Shown here: piece by piece, positions 34,157 through 43,925 of the stretch | Layout of the letters: the number at the start of each line of letters is the position of its first letter | Position numbering within the stretch: the first letter of the stretch is position 1 | Virus record (IMG/VR): IMGVR_UViG_3300023202_000142 | Location: 1-64,000 of that record | Strand: one strand, 5' to 3' | Source: a virus | DNA: 64,000 nt | Program-made: the position numbers and the translations under genes | Notes under the pieces: model-generated | The model's database searches: none | Seen by the model: the letters and a program-made list of their open reading frames with translations, nothing else | Told to the model about the DNA's origin: nothing

Positions 34157-34409
34157 CCTCGAAATCGACCCGGAGCGTTACGAATCATTGGGTGACGACG
34201 GCGCCCATACCGGAATCTACGTGCGTGCCAAGCACGTACACAACACCGAGAACGCCGTCGCAGGCAAACACGCCTCCGTCGACATCGCTGTCCTGACGAA
34301 GGACAGCGTGCTTACCTGGCTGCGCTCGCGTGGCGGAGAGAACGCCTGGGCCGAGGATGTCGTCGGGCATCTCCTGGGTTACGGGGCGTTCACCGACGAG
34401 GATTCATGA
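34149..34409 (+). CDS. hypothetical protein
   Basis: abutting ORF. Confidence 0.6.
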   Translation: MTDLEIDPERYESLGDDGAHTGIYVRAKHVHNTENAVAGKHASVDIAVLTKDSVLTWLRSRGGENAWAEDVVGHLLGYGAFTDEDS

Positions 34410-34774
34410 GCCACCGCGGCAAATTGCTGGAAGAGGCCAACGAGTCGGAGTGGATCAGGCTCGCTGGACTGCTCGCCAACCACTTCGTCTACGCGGAGCT
34501 GTACGGCCATCTCTCCGACGACCCTGCCCTCAGAGCTGCCGCGCAACGTCGCGTCGATCTGATGCGGGAGTACGGAGACCTCATGTTCTTCGGCCTGAAG
34601 CACGACCAGAACATCGAGGTGGTGTCTGTGGTCTTCGGCTCAGGCGACATCGAGACTCTTGGTGAGGACTGGCAAATCTGTGACGAACATCGCGGCCTCG
34701 TCAGGGGCTGCCACGTCATGGGCGTCCACCCCGCGTACTTCCCTCAGATCCCGGTACTGGAGAAAAGAACATGA
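34406..34774 (+). CDS. hypothetical protein
   Basis: abutting ORF. Confidence 0.6.
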   Translation: MSHRGKLLEEANESEWIRLAGLLANHFVYAELYGHLSDDPALRAAAQRRVDLMREYGDLMFFGLKHDQNIEVVSVVFGSGDIETLGEDWQICDEHRGLVRGCHVMGVHPAYFPQIPVLEKRT

Positions 34775-34896
34775 ACGCCTGGGAGTTCCTGCACAACGCC
34801 GTAGCACACCCCCTGCTGGCGCTCAGCTTCAATGCCACATGGGCCGTCAGGTTCCATGACTGGACCGCTGAGCGCGCCTGGAGGTCCGATGACTGA
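34771..34896 (+). CDS. small hypothetical protein (41 aa)
   Basis: MNAWEFLHNAVAHPLL...RFHDWT; fills gap. Confidence 0.45.
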   Translation: MNAWEFLHNAVAHPLLALSFNATWAVRFHDWTAERAWRSDD

Positions 34897-35434
34897 CTAT
34901 CCAAACATCGTCCAAGAAGCTCACAGGCTGCTCTGGGAGGCGACATCGACGTCCTCTGAGAACCGCTTCGATCGTGAGTTGATCCAGGAGCAGATCCGCG
35001 AGGGCATCGCCGAGAAGTTCGGTATCGAATCCAACCCCAGGGTCTTCATGCGTGCCGGTCGCCCCGCCGTCGAACTCAATCTTGAGGCCGAGATCGAATA
35101 CATCGATCAGCTCCGCGAGAAGTGGGGGCCCCTCCTCACCAACAACGCAGCGCTGGAGGGCTATCACCTCTTCAAGGTCCGCGAGCCCGGCGAGGACCGC
35201 ATCGCGCCGATCCGCTTCATCCACACCGAAGAGCACGGACAGGGCTACATCAGCCTCGCGTTTCCAGAACTCACGCTCGATGAGGCCATGGCCACCCTGA
35301 TGACGGCCGCACAGTACCTCGTCACGCACTACGACGCCGATCTCGAAGCCCTCGCCGACACCATCATCAATACCCCTGAGAACCGTCGCGCCGGGCTTCA
35401 GCTCGTTCAGGGCGGCGCCTCCGAGGAGGAATGA
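34889..35434 (+). CDS. hypothetical protein
   Basis: ATG 34889 behind GGAGG. Confidence 0.65.
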   Translation: MTDYPNIVQEAHRLLWEATSTSSENRFDRELIQEQIREGIAEKFGIESNPRVFMRAGRPAVELNLEAEIEYIDQLREKWGPLLTNNAALEGYHLFKVREPGEDRIAPIRFIHTEEHGQGYISLAFPELTLDEAMATLMTAAQYLVTHYDADLEALADTIINTPENRRAGLQLVQGGASEEE

Positions 35435-35554
35435 TGGTGTTTCAACTCGGTAACTGGATCCGTGTGCGTGACGTCGAGATGACGACGGAGAGCGCTACGA
35501 CGGCTCGATCGAGTGGGCTGACGTCAAGCGTTTTGCAGACATACTGGAGGTCGA

Positions 35555-35923
35555 ATGAAGAATCTGAAGCTCTACATCAACGCGGTATCGGCGAAGCATG
35601 CCACGGGTCGTGACCTCATGAAGGCTACGGAGCCCTACGAGATCGGACACCTGTTGGTCAAGATGGAGAAGCAGGACAACCACGCCAAAGACCTCGCTGC
35701 ACGCCTCACAGACGACGAGAGGGCGGTCTACAAGCACTTCGAGGACATCAACTACAAGTTCGGTGAACTGCTCTCAGCCGTGAACTTTCTGAAGGCGAAG
35801 CTGAAGGGCCGGGGCTATCTGGGTCCCGACGACTACGAGGCCGCCTGGGTGCGGGTTGATGATGCCCTGGGGCGTCACCCCGAGCCCTTCGACGTCGAGG
35901 AGGATGGTAATGGCGGATGGTAA
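35555..35923 (+). CDS. hypothetical protein
   Basis: GGAGG SD. Confidence 0.65.
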   Translation: MKNLKLYINAVSAKHATGRDLMKATEPYEIGHLLVKMEKQDNHAKDLAARLTDDERAVYKHFEDINYKFGELLSAVNFLKAKLKGRGYLGPDDYEAAWVRVDDALGRHPEPFDVEEDGNGGW

Positions 35924-36323
35924 AGACCTCGAAGTCCTGCACGGACACGTGACGTCAGATGAGATCGCCGAATTCGCCCGGGGGGTCGGTGTCGACGTCG
36001 ACCTTCCCGTCCAGTTTACCCCCGAGGACTGGAAGACCTTCCAGCCCTTCGAGGAGCCTGGGATCCAGGACTTGATCCGCGATGTCATGGGTTGGGCTGT
36101 GCCTGATAGTTCCATGCACATCTGCCATTGGCCCAAGGGCAATGTACTGACGGTCGATTTCACGGGGTCGATGTCCTCCGGGCAGCTCTTCGACATTCAA
36201 AGACGACTCGGTGCCGCGAGGTTCGAGATCTATGCGGATTACAGACACCCAAGAAGCTCCGTTCTGTCGATAGCATTTCACCCCAGTGAAGAGCCTGTGG
36301 AAAACGAGGAGTCATCGGCATGA
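35910..36323 (+). CDS. hypothetical protein
   Basis: GAGGAGG SD. Confidence 0.6.
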   Translation: MADGKDLEVLHGHVTSDEIAEFARGVGVDVDLPVQFTPEDWKTFQPFEEPGIQDLIRDVMGWAVPDSSMHICHWPKGNVLTVDFTGSMSSGQLFDIQRRLGAARFEIYADYRHPRSSVLSIAFHPSEEPVENEESSA

Positions 36324-36369
36324 ATGCTGACGCTTCGCATGTGGAAAACCCTGTTGGAAGGAGCATGTC

Positions 36370-36579
36370 GTGAACCACACCCAGCCTCAGTACTACGACG
36401 TCGAAATCTACGGCGGCATCTTCAGGATCGAGGCCGAGGGGGTCGAGGCAGCCATCGGCATCGCCGTCAAACGCGCCCAGCTCGAAGCAGGGCGTCACAG
36501 CGCCCGTGTCGACGGGCAGTTCTACACCTTCAAGGTCGAACGCATCTCGCGTGCCGCGAACATCAGGAAGACATCATGA
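36370..36579 (+). CDS. hypothetical protein
   Basis: GGAGGAG SD. Confidence 0.55.
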   Translation: MNHTQPQYYDVEIYGGIFRIEAEGVEAAIGIAVKRAQLEAGRHSARVDGQFYTFKVERISRAANIRKTS

Positions 36580-37781
36580 CAGGTACTTCGATCAGCAAAC
36601 TCGTTGAGGTTCAGGCTGTCTGGGAGGTCGTAGAGACCCACCTCGGCCGCCTGGCGCCAGCGATGGTCGATCTCGACTGGGTCTACCATGCCGACCGGCG
36701 CCGGTTCCCGGTGTTCAAAGCCAGTTTCGATGGTTTCGATCTCTCGCTGAACCGTATGGCGGGGGTTGATAGCGATCTCTGGACCGCTCGCGTCGAGGGC
36801 GAATCGATGGGCCCGCGTGGTGTCTCACTGGAGAAAGCCGTCGAGAATCTCGTCAGTGGCTTCCGGAAGTGTCTTGAACTGTCGATCGAACATGCCAGCG
36901 AACTGCTTCACAAGATGGGTGGTGAGTACACCCGCGCGGTCTGTGAGATCTGCCACGAGCCGGCGACATCTGCAGTGCAAGATCACCCCCGATGTGATCG
37001 CCACACCTATCCCAACGCTACTGAGGACGGCCTGCACGCCGTCGACGAGCAAAATACCTCTGACGCACCACCCCCTTACCCCCTCCTGCACGACGCTGAC
37101 GGCCTGATCAAGGTCGGCTACTGGCGTGGACGAACTGATCCCAACCTGCCCGAGCCGGTGTCGACCGAGTACCTGCCGGCCATTAAGGCTGAGATTCTGT
37201 CCTGGCTGCGCAATCACACCGAGGTTCTGCAGCGCTACAAGGGTTTCTCGCGGTGTCGGTTCTGCGACACAGCTAACGGGTCGGTCTGCTACACCGATGG
37301 CACCTATCGCTGGCCTGAAGGTCTGTATCACTACGTCGCCGAACACGACGTCGAACTGCCCGAGTCGTTTGTGTTGCACATGGGTGTCCGGCCGCGGATG
37401 CGCAACTTCCTGGAGGATGGTTTCGTCTTCGCGCCCTACGTCCCCCTGGACTCCGTGGCGCGACGCCAGGACATCCTCGCCCGAACCCTGGGCCCCAAGA
37501 CGGAGCCCGCGGGGCATCTGTTCTACCAGGAATGGAAGGAAGGCGTGATCACCTGGACTGTTCGCAACCTTCTCGACAGGCTCAGGACTGAGCGTGTCGA
37601 GGCCGCGGACCTCGGCCCTGGCGATATCATCGCCACCGACCGCGGGCCGTTTGGGGTCGCCTCCGTCGAGTTCGACGACGGCCTCATCACGGTGTATGAC
37701 GACGATAACATCTCGATCAGCTACCCCATCGCCCACCGCGTGAAGATCGTGAAGCGTTCCTCCACCACCAAGGCCCCGTGA
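36576..37781 (+). CDS. multidomain hypothetical protein
   Basis: includes YKGFSRCRFC...NGS...TDGTYRWPEGLYHYV domain and GFVFAPYVPL motif. Confidence 0.65.
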   Translation: MTGTSISKLVEVQAVWEVVETHLGRLAPAMVDLDWVYHADRRRFPVFKASFDGFDLSLNRMAGVDSDLWTARVEGESMGPRGVSLEKAVENLVSGFRKCLELSIEHASELLHKMGGEYTRAVCEICHEPATSAVQDHPRCDRHTYPNATEDGLHAVDEQNTSDAPPPYPLLHDADGLIKVGYWRGRTDPNLPEPVSTEYLPAIKAEILSWLRNHTEVLQRYKGFSRCRFCDTANGSVCYTDGTYRWPEGLYHYVAEHDVELPESFVLHMGVRPRMRNFLEDGFVFAPYVPLDSVARRQDILARTLGPKTEPAGHLFYQEWKEGVITWTVRNLLDRLRTERVEAADLGPGDIIATDRGPFGVASVEFDDGLITVYDDDNISISYPIAHRVKIVKRSSTTKAP

Positions 37782-38008
37782 TGCCCGAAGAAACTGCCGA
37801 AGAATTCCGTGCTGGAGTCGACAAGCACGTCAAGAAGATCCGTGAGACCGTCGAGATGCTGAAGGTCGCCAACGGGTTTCCCGAAGAACTCGCACAGCGC
37901 GCCGCCTGGGAAATGGCGGTGGCGGAAGCCCATCACCGCATCGATCGACTCATCGATGCCGTTAACGACATTGCAGCCCACATCGGGCTCGAAGAGACGA
38001 GGCACTAA
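37778..38008 (+). CDS. hypothetical protein
   Basis: abutting ORF. Confidence 0.55.
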   Translation: MMPEETAEEFRAGVDKHVKKIRETVEMLKVANGFPEELAQRAAWEMAVAEAHHRIDRLIDAVNDIAAHIGLEETRH

Positions 38009-38586
38009 TGGAACCTGACGAAACGAAATGCCCGCAGTGCGGTTCTGGTCTCCGGGCCGAGCGCGCCGAAATCCAGCAGGGCTACGACTACAGGACCGCC
38101 TGCGTCGACCCCTGGCATGAGGCCCCGCCATCGCAGGGGGAGGTCGAAGAGGCTCTCGGGGACGCCCAGGAGGGCTTCTACGCCGACGCGACGTATCGGC
38201 GCTGCCTGGATTGCTCGAAGTGGGTCCGCGGCGGTCCTACGCGATGCCAGGACTGCGTCCACAAGGTCGACTACCAGTTCCCCGAAGAACTGTTCGGCGG
38301 GTCGCGCAACAAGGGCCTGGAGCAGATGGTGCGTGCCGGGTTGCAGTGGTTTGACGAGAACCCCGCACTGAAGGCCCGGGTCGCGCTGAACCTGGAACTG
38401 TCCAGGGACGACCTCAAAGCGCTGCATGATGTCATGCTCAAGGATGCCAGGTGGCCCAGGGGAACCAAGGTCCGCTCAGCAACCCTGCACGTCATCCGCG
38501 GTGTCGCGATCGGGTGGGACGAGTACCTTGACATCGTGAAGGTATTGACACGACCCGACAAGCTCGTGATGGAGCTACTGGGATGA
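38008..38586 (+). CDS. hypothetical protein (CxxC motifs)
   Basis: abutting ORF. Confidence 0.6.
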   Translation: MEPDETKCPQCGSGLRAERAEIQQGYDYRTACVDPWHEAPPSQGEVEEALGDAQEGFYADATYRRCLDCSKWVRGGPTRCQDCVHKVDYQFPEELFGGSRNKGLEQMVRAGLQWFDENPALKARVALNLELSRDDLKALHDVMLKDARWPRGTKVRSATLHVIRGVAIGWDEYLDIVKVLTRPDKLVMELLG

Positions 38587-38804
38587 GAGCACTACGCTAC
38601 CCCGCAGCTTTGATCTGGTGGCTGATGTGGCTCTTCAGGGGCCGCAAAACCGTCCGGGGCGTCCAGACCTGGGTTTGTATGACATCGGACGCTTTCGACA
38701 CCCAGTGGCCACACGACTACAAGCTACATCGTGGTGGCGACGGCTACCCCGACCACTTTCACACCTTCACGTGCCCGCGGTGCGGCCGGGAGTTCACGAT
38801 ATGA
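38583..38804 (+). CDS. hypothetical protein
   Basis: abutting ORF. Confidence 0.55.
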   Translation: MRALRYPAALIWWLMWLFRGRKTVRGVQTWVCMTSDAFDTQWPHDYKLHRGGDGYPDHFHTFTCPRCGREFTI

Positions 38805-38953
38805 ACCAACTCGGAATCGCTGTGTGGCTCGAAGCCAGGTACTGCCTGAGTCGTAGCAGGGGCGATCACGTCATGACTCGCGCCCAGTTCCTGGATTGGG
38901 CCCGTCGAGCCGCCATGAACGTGATGTTCGACCGCCTGATGAGGTCGTCGTGA
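38801..38953 (+). CDS. small hypothetical protein
   Basis: ATGA overlap. Confidence 0.45.
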   Translation: MNQLGIAVWLEARYCLSRSRGDHVMTRAQFLDWARRAAMNVMFDRLMRSS

Positions 38954-39180
38954 CGCACTCACTATGCGAGACCGGACTGTACCCCGTCGCTGTCTACCAC
39001 ATCCGGGTCCTGAGTGACGCCGGCCCCAGGTATGGCGACGGAGCTGATACCCCGTCGCTATGCGGGACCGATGTTCGCTGGGACATCCACGATCTAGAAT
39101 TCACCCCTGAGATTCTGGAGCAGGTCCATGACAGGATCTGCTCCAGACGCCTCAACGCTTACGAGGGCAGAAATGACTGA
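38950..39180 (+). CDS. hypothetical protein
   Basis: GTG start overlapping upstream stop. Confidence 0.5.
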   Translation: MTHSLCETGLYPVAVYHIRVLSDAGPRYGDGADTPSLCGTDVRWDIHDLEFTPEILEQVHDRICSRRLNAYEGRND

Positions 39181-39592
39181 CCGCGACACCCTAGATCTCA
39201 AAGAGCAGGTCTCCGACCTCCGTGATCTCGTTGAACTCCAGCAGAGAACGATTCGCGATCTCAAGGAACTACTGGACTGCCGCGCCGGCGAACTGTTGCG
39301 CTCCGACCGAACGTTCGTTGTTGTCGCCGCAGACGAACCCTACTTTGTCGAGGTCTACAACATGATCCGCAACCACGAGATCAAGAAGGACACCTGGACG
39401 AACGCCTGTGAAGCCGCCTACCGCGAAGCCATTGGAGTCTGTCCCGAATGTGCCGGCAACTCGCCGAGCCCCGAGGAGGTCGCCATCAATGGCAACGGCC
39501 CTCTTTGTGGTACATGCGGCGGCGACCCCTGGTACATGTTCGAAGCGCTGAGGGTTCGGGTGCTGGAGTTGCAAAATGAATCTGACAACTGA
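39173..39592 (+). CDS. hypothetical protein
   Basis: coiled coil + CPEC...CGTC. Confidence 0.6.
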   Translation: MTDRDTLDLKEQVSDLRDLVELQQRTIRDLKELLDCRAGELLRSDRTFVVVAADEPYFVEVYNMIRNHEIKKDTWTNACEAAYREAIGVCPECAGNSPSPEEVAINGNGPLCGTCGGDPWYMFEALRVRVLELQNESDN

Positions 39593-40007
39593 GGAGTTCC
39601 TGGAACTGGCCGAGGAGGCCGCACCCTTCGAGCCCTGTGTCGGTTCAGGGTACTGCTGCAAGAAGGTGCCGTGTCACGTCGCCTTCGAGGTCCTCGGTGA
39701 CGTCGAGGCGCCCTGTCCTGCCCTGGTATGGTCCGATGACGACGATCGTTACTACTGTGGCGTCGTTCTCGATTCCGAGCGCTATGGCGTCGACTCCGAG
39801 TTCGTGCGCCGCAGTCTAGGCATCGGAGCTGGCTGCTGTTCCTCGATGAACGATGACCACCGCAAAGCCATCTCGCCGTACCTTTCCGACCCCAGAGTCC
39901 AAGACCTCATCGGTCTCGACAAACGTAGAGCCTACATGCGGGGACTGTCGACCTGGGCAGACGAGGTCCGTGAAGAGACCAGTTGCAGCACTGACCAAAC
40001 TGTGTAA
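39576..40007 (+). CDS. Cys-cluster (YkgJ-like CxxxGxCC) protein
   Basis: CVGSGYCC...PCPAL...RYYC. Confidence 0.5.
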   Translation: MNLTTEEFLELAEEAAPFEPCVGSGYCCKKVPCHVAFEVLGDVEAPCPALVWSDDDDRYYCGVVLDSERYGVDSEFVRRSLGIGAGCCSSMNDDHRKAISPYLSDPRVQDLIGLDKRRAYMRGLSTWADEVREETSCSTDQTV

Positions 40008-40016
40008 TCTGTGCAC

Positions 40017-40727
40017 ATGGAAAACTACACGCTGATTTGCCCGAAATGTCATCACGACGAGGTCGAACTCGTTGACGTCCAGCTCTCCGAACCCAACGCT
40101 TTCATCGGCATGATGAAGTGCCGGGACTGTGGGCACATCGCTGCCGAGTCGGTCTTCGAGGAGGCGCACAGGTCAAGTCGTGCTGCGGCGATACTGGACC
40201 AGTACAACATTCCACCATGGGCTTCCTCTGAGGTTCGTAAGCTGCGCATGTTCTTCATCGCCAACATGTTGTCGGAGGCCGAGTTCGAGCGCGAGGTGCA
40301 GAAGCATCGTCGTGAAGAGCCGTCGGTCCTGGACCCCCGGCCCGGGCTCGTGATGAGTCCCAGGATCTACGATGAGATAGCGGACAAGAACCGCTACACC
40401 GATGTCAGCAAAGAGGAACTGGAGCGCATCAAGGCGGAAGCCGAGAGGGTCGTAGAGGCCGAGACGGGTCGAAAGCCGGACCGCATCGATGCCGTCGCAA
40501 GGGGGCACTGCGTCAAGATCAACGTCCAGTACCAGGACCCTACTCCGGTCGATCAAATCAAACTGACGCACGTCCAGGTCAAGCCAATCGAGATATCGAG
40601 GGCCGAGGTGGAGAAGATGCTGGGGATGTTCGAGGAGGTTCGTGAGTGCCTCGATGAGATACAGCAGAAGATGGGTGAATATGAGGGCCTGATGCGCAAG
40701 GCGTTGGGCTACGGAGGGGATGGCTGA
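40017..40727 (+). CDS. Zn-ribbon hypothetical protein, probably leaderless
   Basis: TAATCT-GTGCAC-ATG; CPKC...CRDC. Confidence 0.65.
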   Translation: MENYTLICPKCHHDEVELVDVQLSEPNAFIGMMKCRDCGHIAAESVFEEAHRSSRAAAILDQYNIPPWASSEVRKLRMFFIANMLSEAEFEREVQKHRREEPSVLDPRPGLVMSPRIYDEIADKNRYTDVSKEELERIKAEAERVVEAETGRKPDRIDAVARGHCVKINVQYQDPTPVDQIKLTHVQVKPIEISRAEVEKMLGMFEEVRECLDEIQQKMGEYEGLMRKALGYGGDG

Positions 40728-41311
40728 TGGAAGACGTAAGACGCAAACCCATGGAGTGCGACAAGCATGGCGTCACACTGCACTACTTCGTCGACTACCG
40801 CACCGTCGGGGGCGAAGAGTTGGAGTGGTGGTCCTGTGAGACCTGCCGAAGCCTTGGTCGTCTGCGAAACACGGCATCCAAGACCCTCTCCGCGCCAGTG
40901 AGAAGAATCGGGCAGTACTTTGGCGACCTCAACGAGCGGATGTACTTGCGCCTCGTTGAGGAGCTTTCTGTTGGTACTGCGATGGTTTCCCCCCAGGAGG
41001 AACTGGATGGCGAGACCTTCTGGGCCAAGACGATGAAGTGCGGAGCCGTGAACATCGGCAAAGCAATGGTCGCAGTGTTCGCCAGAGACGCCCGTCCGTC
41101 TTTCGAGGAGCACATCTGGGGCCTTCTGAGGCCCGTGTATGCCAAGTATGCCGAACAGGGGTGCACCATCCATCCCTACATCGTTGTTAACCCTGGCGGC
41201 CTCCTGGCGGCCCACAGGCCCGATCTGTGGACCGACACGGTGATCCCCTTTGGTCACGGTGACGCTGACGAGTTCTTGCTGACAACCCGGTTCGCTGCGA
41301 CAAAACCATGA
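40727..41311 (+). CDS. hypothetical protein
   Basis: abutting ORF. Confidence 0.6.
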   Translation: MEDVRRKPMECDKHGVTLHYFVDYRTVGGEELEWWSCETCRSLGRLRNTASKTLSAPVRRIGQYFGDLNERMYLRLVEELSVGTAMVSPQEELDGETFWAKTMKCGAVNIGKAMVAVFARDARPSFEEHIWGLLRPVYAKYAEQGCTIHPYIVVNPGGLLAAHRPDLWTDTVIPFGHGDADEFLLTTRFAATKP

Positions 41312-41490
41312 CTGAATCTGTGATGAAGCCCTTTCACGTTCCGCCCAAGAAGTCGTCGATCACGCTTCCGCATCTCTGCAACGGGGTTCGGAGGGATCTC
41401 GAAGCCCAGAAACCGCAGACGGTGGTGAGATGTCGGCGCTGCGGGGTCACTGCTCGATTGATCTGGCACAACCCCGAGGAGGAAGAGTGA
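41308..41490 (+). CDS. small Zn-binding protein
   Basis: abutting ORF. Confidence 0.5.
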   Translation: MTESVMKPFHVPPKKSSITLPHLCNGVRRDLEAQKPQTVVRCRRCGVTARLIWHNPEEEE

Positions 41491-41780
41491 GCGAGACCAA
41501 AGCAAAATCGACATCCGTTATCCATCTGGTCGTCGAGGTCGACAGCGAAAGTGTCTGGGGTGACGACTGCACCATGGCACAGGTCGCCAAACAAGCCCGT
41601 GAAGCCGCAGCGGAGCACTCCAGGCGGCTCGTCAGGCGCATCCTCGACAATGCTGAGGGTGAGTATGGTTATCTGCGTATTCGCCAGGTTACCGTGGAGC
41701 AAGAGATCAAGGTCAAGCTGATCTCAGGCCGCTCCGAGACCTATTCGGTCCGACAGGGGGATCTGTGTACGTCGGACTGA
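41487..41780 (+). CDS. hypothetical protein
   Basis: GTG start behind GAGGAGG. Confidence 0.55.
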   Translation: MSETKAKSTSVIHLVVEVDSESVWGDDCTMAQVAKQAREAAAEHSRRLVRRILDNAEGEYGYLRIRQVTVEQEIKVKLISGRSETYSVRQGDLCTSD

Positions 41781-41880
41781 TGATCGTCGCACTACTTACC
41801 GGCTGGTGGTTCATTGTTCCGACCTGGACCGCTCACGCCTTTCTTCAAGCACTTCACCGAGCACTGGACAGGGTCATCGC

Positions 41881-42264
41881 ATGGGCGAGTTCACCGTTAA
41901 GAAGTTCGCTGAGGCCCTTCTGGGCAAAGAGGAAGGCCAGAAGGTCATCCAAGAGGCCCGTGACAACCATCAGCGCCTCCTTCACTGTGCCGTACCCCAC
42001 GACTTCGAGCTGGTAGACACCCGTCCATCGAAGGCCAGGTGCAAGAAATGCGGTGGGATCATCAGCGGTTCCGCGATGACCTGGTACAACCGGGGCCTAC
42101 GACACGCCGGGATCCAGAAGAATCCATACCACTGCGAGGACTGCGGTAAGCTCATCGATGCCGACAACCCCGAGGAAGCCGCCTGGAGCGGGCCTGACGG
42201 TGCTACCGTAGTATGTCTGGAGTGCGAACCGGACTGGCGAAAACCGTCCGACGATCCCCCTTGA
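41881..42264 (+). CDS. Zn-binding hypothetical protein
   Basis: CKKC, CEDC, CLEC. Confidence 0.6.
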   Translation: MGEFTVKKFAEALLGKEEGQKVIQEARDNHQRLLHCAVPHDFELVDTRPSKARCKKCGGIISGSAMTWYNRGLRHAGIQKNPYHCEDCGKLIDADNPEEAAWSGPDGATVVCLECEPDWRKPSDDPP

Positions 42265-42289
42265 CATGTGAACAGCGTGCACATAGCGT
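42261..42289 (+). promoter_or_regulatory. promoter cassette variant
   Basis: TTGACA-TGTGAACAGCGTGCACA-TAGCGT. Confidence 0.75.
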
Positions 42290-42313
42290 GGAAAATCTGA
42301 ACAGGGAGAGATC

Positions 42314-43240
42314 ATGAAACACCTGATCAAGGCTGTGAGCTACCGGGTGCGCAACGATGCTGACATCGTTTGGCAGTCCGACATCAAGAACGATGAGGTT
42401 CTGGTGCGCTTCGACGCTCCCAGGGATGCCGAGTTCGCCCAGGAGGTCATAACCACTGCCCTGAGCAACTTCGGCAACATGCCGATCATGATGTCTCCCA
42501 AGGACCTCAGTCGGCTTGAAGACACGATTCGGGGACTGATGAGCACGCCGCTGCGCGGCATTCACTTCAAGCTGTACGAAGACGGTACGGTTCGCGCTGA
42601 CTCCTGGGTGTTCGCTCAGGGCAGGGTGCCCCCGGAGATGCTTCACCGGGAACGAAACATCATCGAATCGATCGCCAACACCATTGGGGCCGAGGTGCCC
42701 AAGGACAACTACGAGGAGAAGGTCATGGAACCAGAAGACGAAAACACCCCCACGCGCCTACAGAAGGCGCGCAGCGCCGCAAAAGAGACCGGCGGCGACG
42801 CCAAGGATGCCATCATGGAGGGCCTTGAAGAGGCGGCTGTGATGGCGGGCTCCGAGGGCTTCGTGAATATCGTGAAGGAAGCGTTCAGCGACAGTTCGAT
42901 CTTCAGGGCCTTCCTCGAAACCGAGAAGGGTGAGCAGACCGCGTTGCTGATGAGCGGCCTGGTCATGCACTGGGCAGCCACGGCCGGCCTGGTGCCGGAG
43001 TCCGGGGCGAACCAGGTCAAGCGTGTCACGAAGGTCATGATGCGCAACTCGACGCGCACCTTTGCGCTGCCTCAATTCCGGTGGGCCAAGGACATGGCGT
43101 TCAAGATGGTGAAACACGCCATCAGCCTGAAGGTTCCGTCGACCCCCGAAGAGATGATGTCGTTGGCTTACGAAGAGCCCGCCGATGCCTCGGAGTTCGA
43201 GGTCGAGGAACGCGAGACCGAAAAGGTCCCCGCCAAGTAG
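42314..43240 (+). CDS. hypothetical protein
   Basis: 308-aa ORF behind promoter cassette. Confidence 0.7.
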   Translation: MKHLIKAVSYRVRNDADIVWQSDIKNDEVLVRFDAPRDAEFAQEVITTALSNFGNMPIMMSPKDLSRLEDTIRGLMSTPLRGIHFKLYEDGTVRADSWVFAQGRVPPEMLHRERNIIESIANTIGAEVPKDNYEEKVMEPEDENTPTRLQKARSAAKETGGDAKDAIMEGLEEAAVMAGSEGFVNIVKEAFSDSSIFRAFLETEKGEQTALLMSGLVMHWAATAGLVPESGANQVKRVTKVMMRNSTRTFALPQFRWAKDMAFKMVKHAISLKVPSTPEEMMSLAYEEPADASEFEVEERETEKVPAK

Positions 43241-43246
43241 GGCACC

Positions 43247-43585
43247 ATGAAGGTTCGCAACAAACAGTGCAAAGCGTGTCCCTGGAGGGTCTCAACGGAT
43301 CCCGATCGAGACATCCCGGGCGGTTATGACCGAGAACTTCATCGCGGTCTCAGCGAGACAATCGCGGAGCCCGCGACCCTCAACACCTCGTCAGGCGGGA
43401 TGATGGCATGTCACGAGTCGAACCCCGATGGCGGTGAGTACCCCTGTGTTGGATGGCTCTGGCACCAACTCGGGCGAGGCAATAACCTGCCCCTTAGACT
43501 TCTGGCACTGCAGGGCCACTTCGACGACATCGAGGTCGACGGTCCCCAGCACACCTGTTTCGAGGACACGCTACCCGATGACTGA
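43247..43585 (+). CDS. Cys/His metal-binding protein (DUF6283-like)
   Basis: CKACPWR...MACH...CVGW. Confidence 0.55.
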   Translation: MKVRNKQCKACPWRVSTDPDRDIPGGYDRELHRGLSETIAEPATLNTSSGGMMACHESNPDGGEYPCVGWLWHQLGRGNNLPLRLLALQGHFDDIEVDGPQHTCFEDTLPDD

Positions 43586-43925
43586 CTCCGTATTCAGTAG
43601 CAGAACACCGTTCAACATCGGCGGACAGCATTATGCGCTCGACGAGATGGAGAACGCTCCCCTGGCATCCGTCGGAGCAACCCGGCAGGGCGAGATCCCC
43701 GAAGAACTCACCGTCCCCGACTACATCTCAGAAGATGTCGCCGAGGAGTGGTTGAGGGGCTACGTTGCCGCTGCTGCAAGCGATGGCCGCTGCCCCCGAT
43801 GCCTGAGCTGGAACGTTAAAGAGAGCCGCTTCAGAATGCTCAGGGGCGCCGAGGAATGGAAACGAAACTGTCAGGACTGCAGCCTCCTCTCAACCTTCAC
43901 CAAAAGAACCAAGGGCAGGCGATGA
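43578..43925 (+). CDS. hypothetical protein
   Basis: abutting ORF. Confidence 0.55.
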   Translation: MTDSVFSSRTPFNIGGQHYALDEMENAPLASVGATRQGEIPEELTVPDYISEDVAEEWLRGYVAAAASDGRCPRCLSWNVKESRFRMLRGAEEWKRNCQDCSLLSTFTKRTKGRR

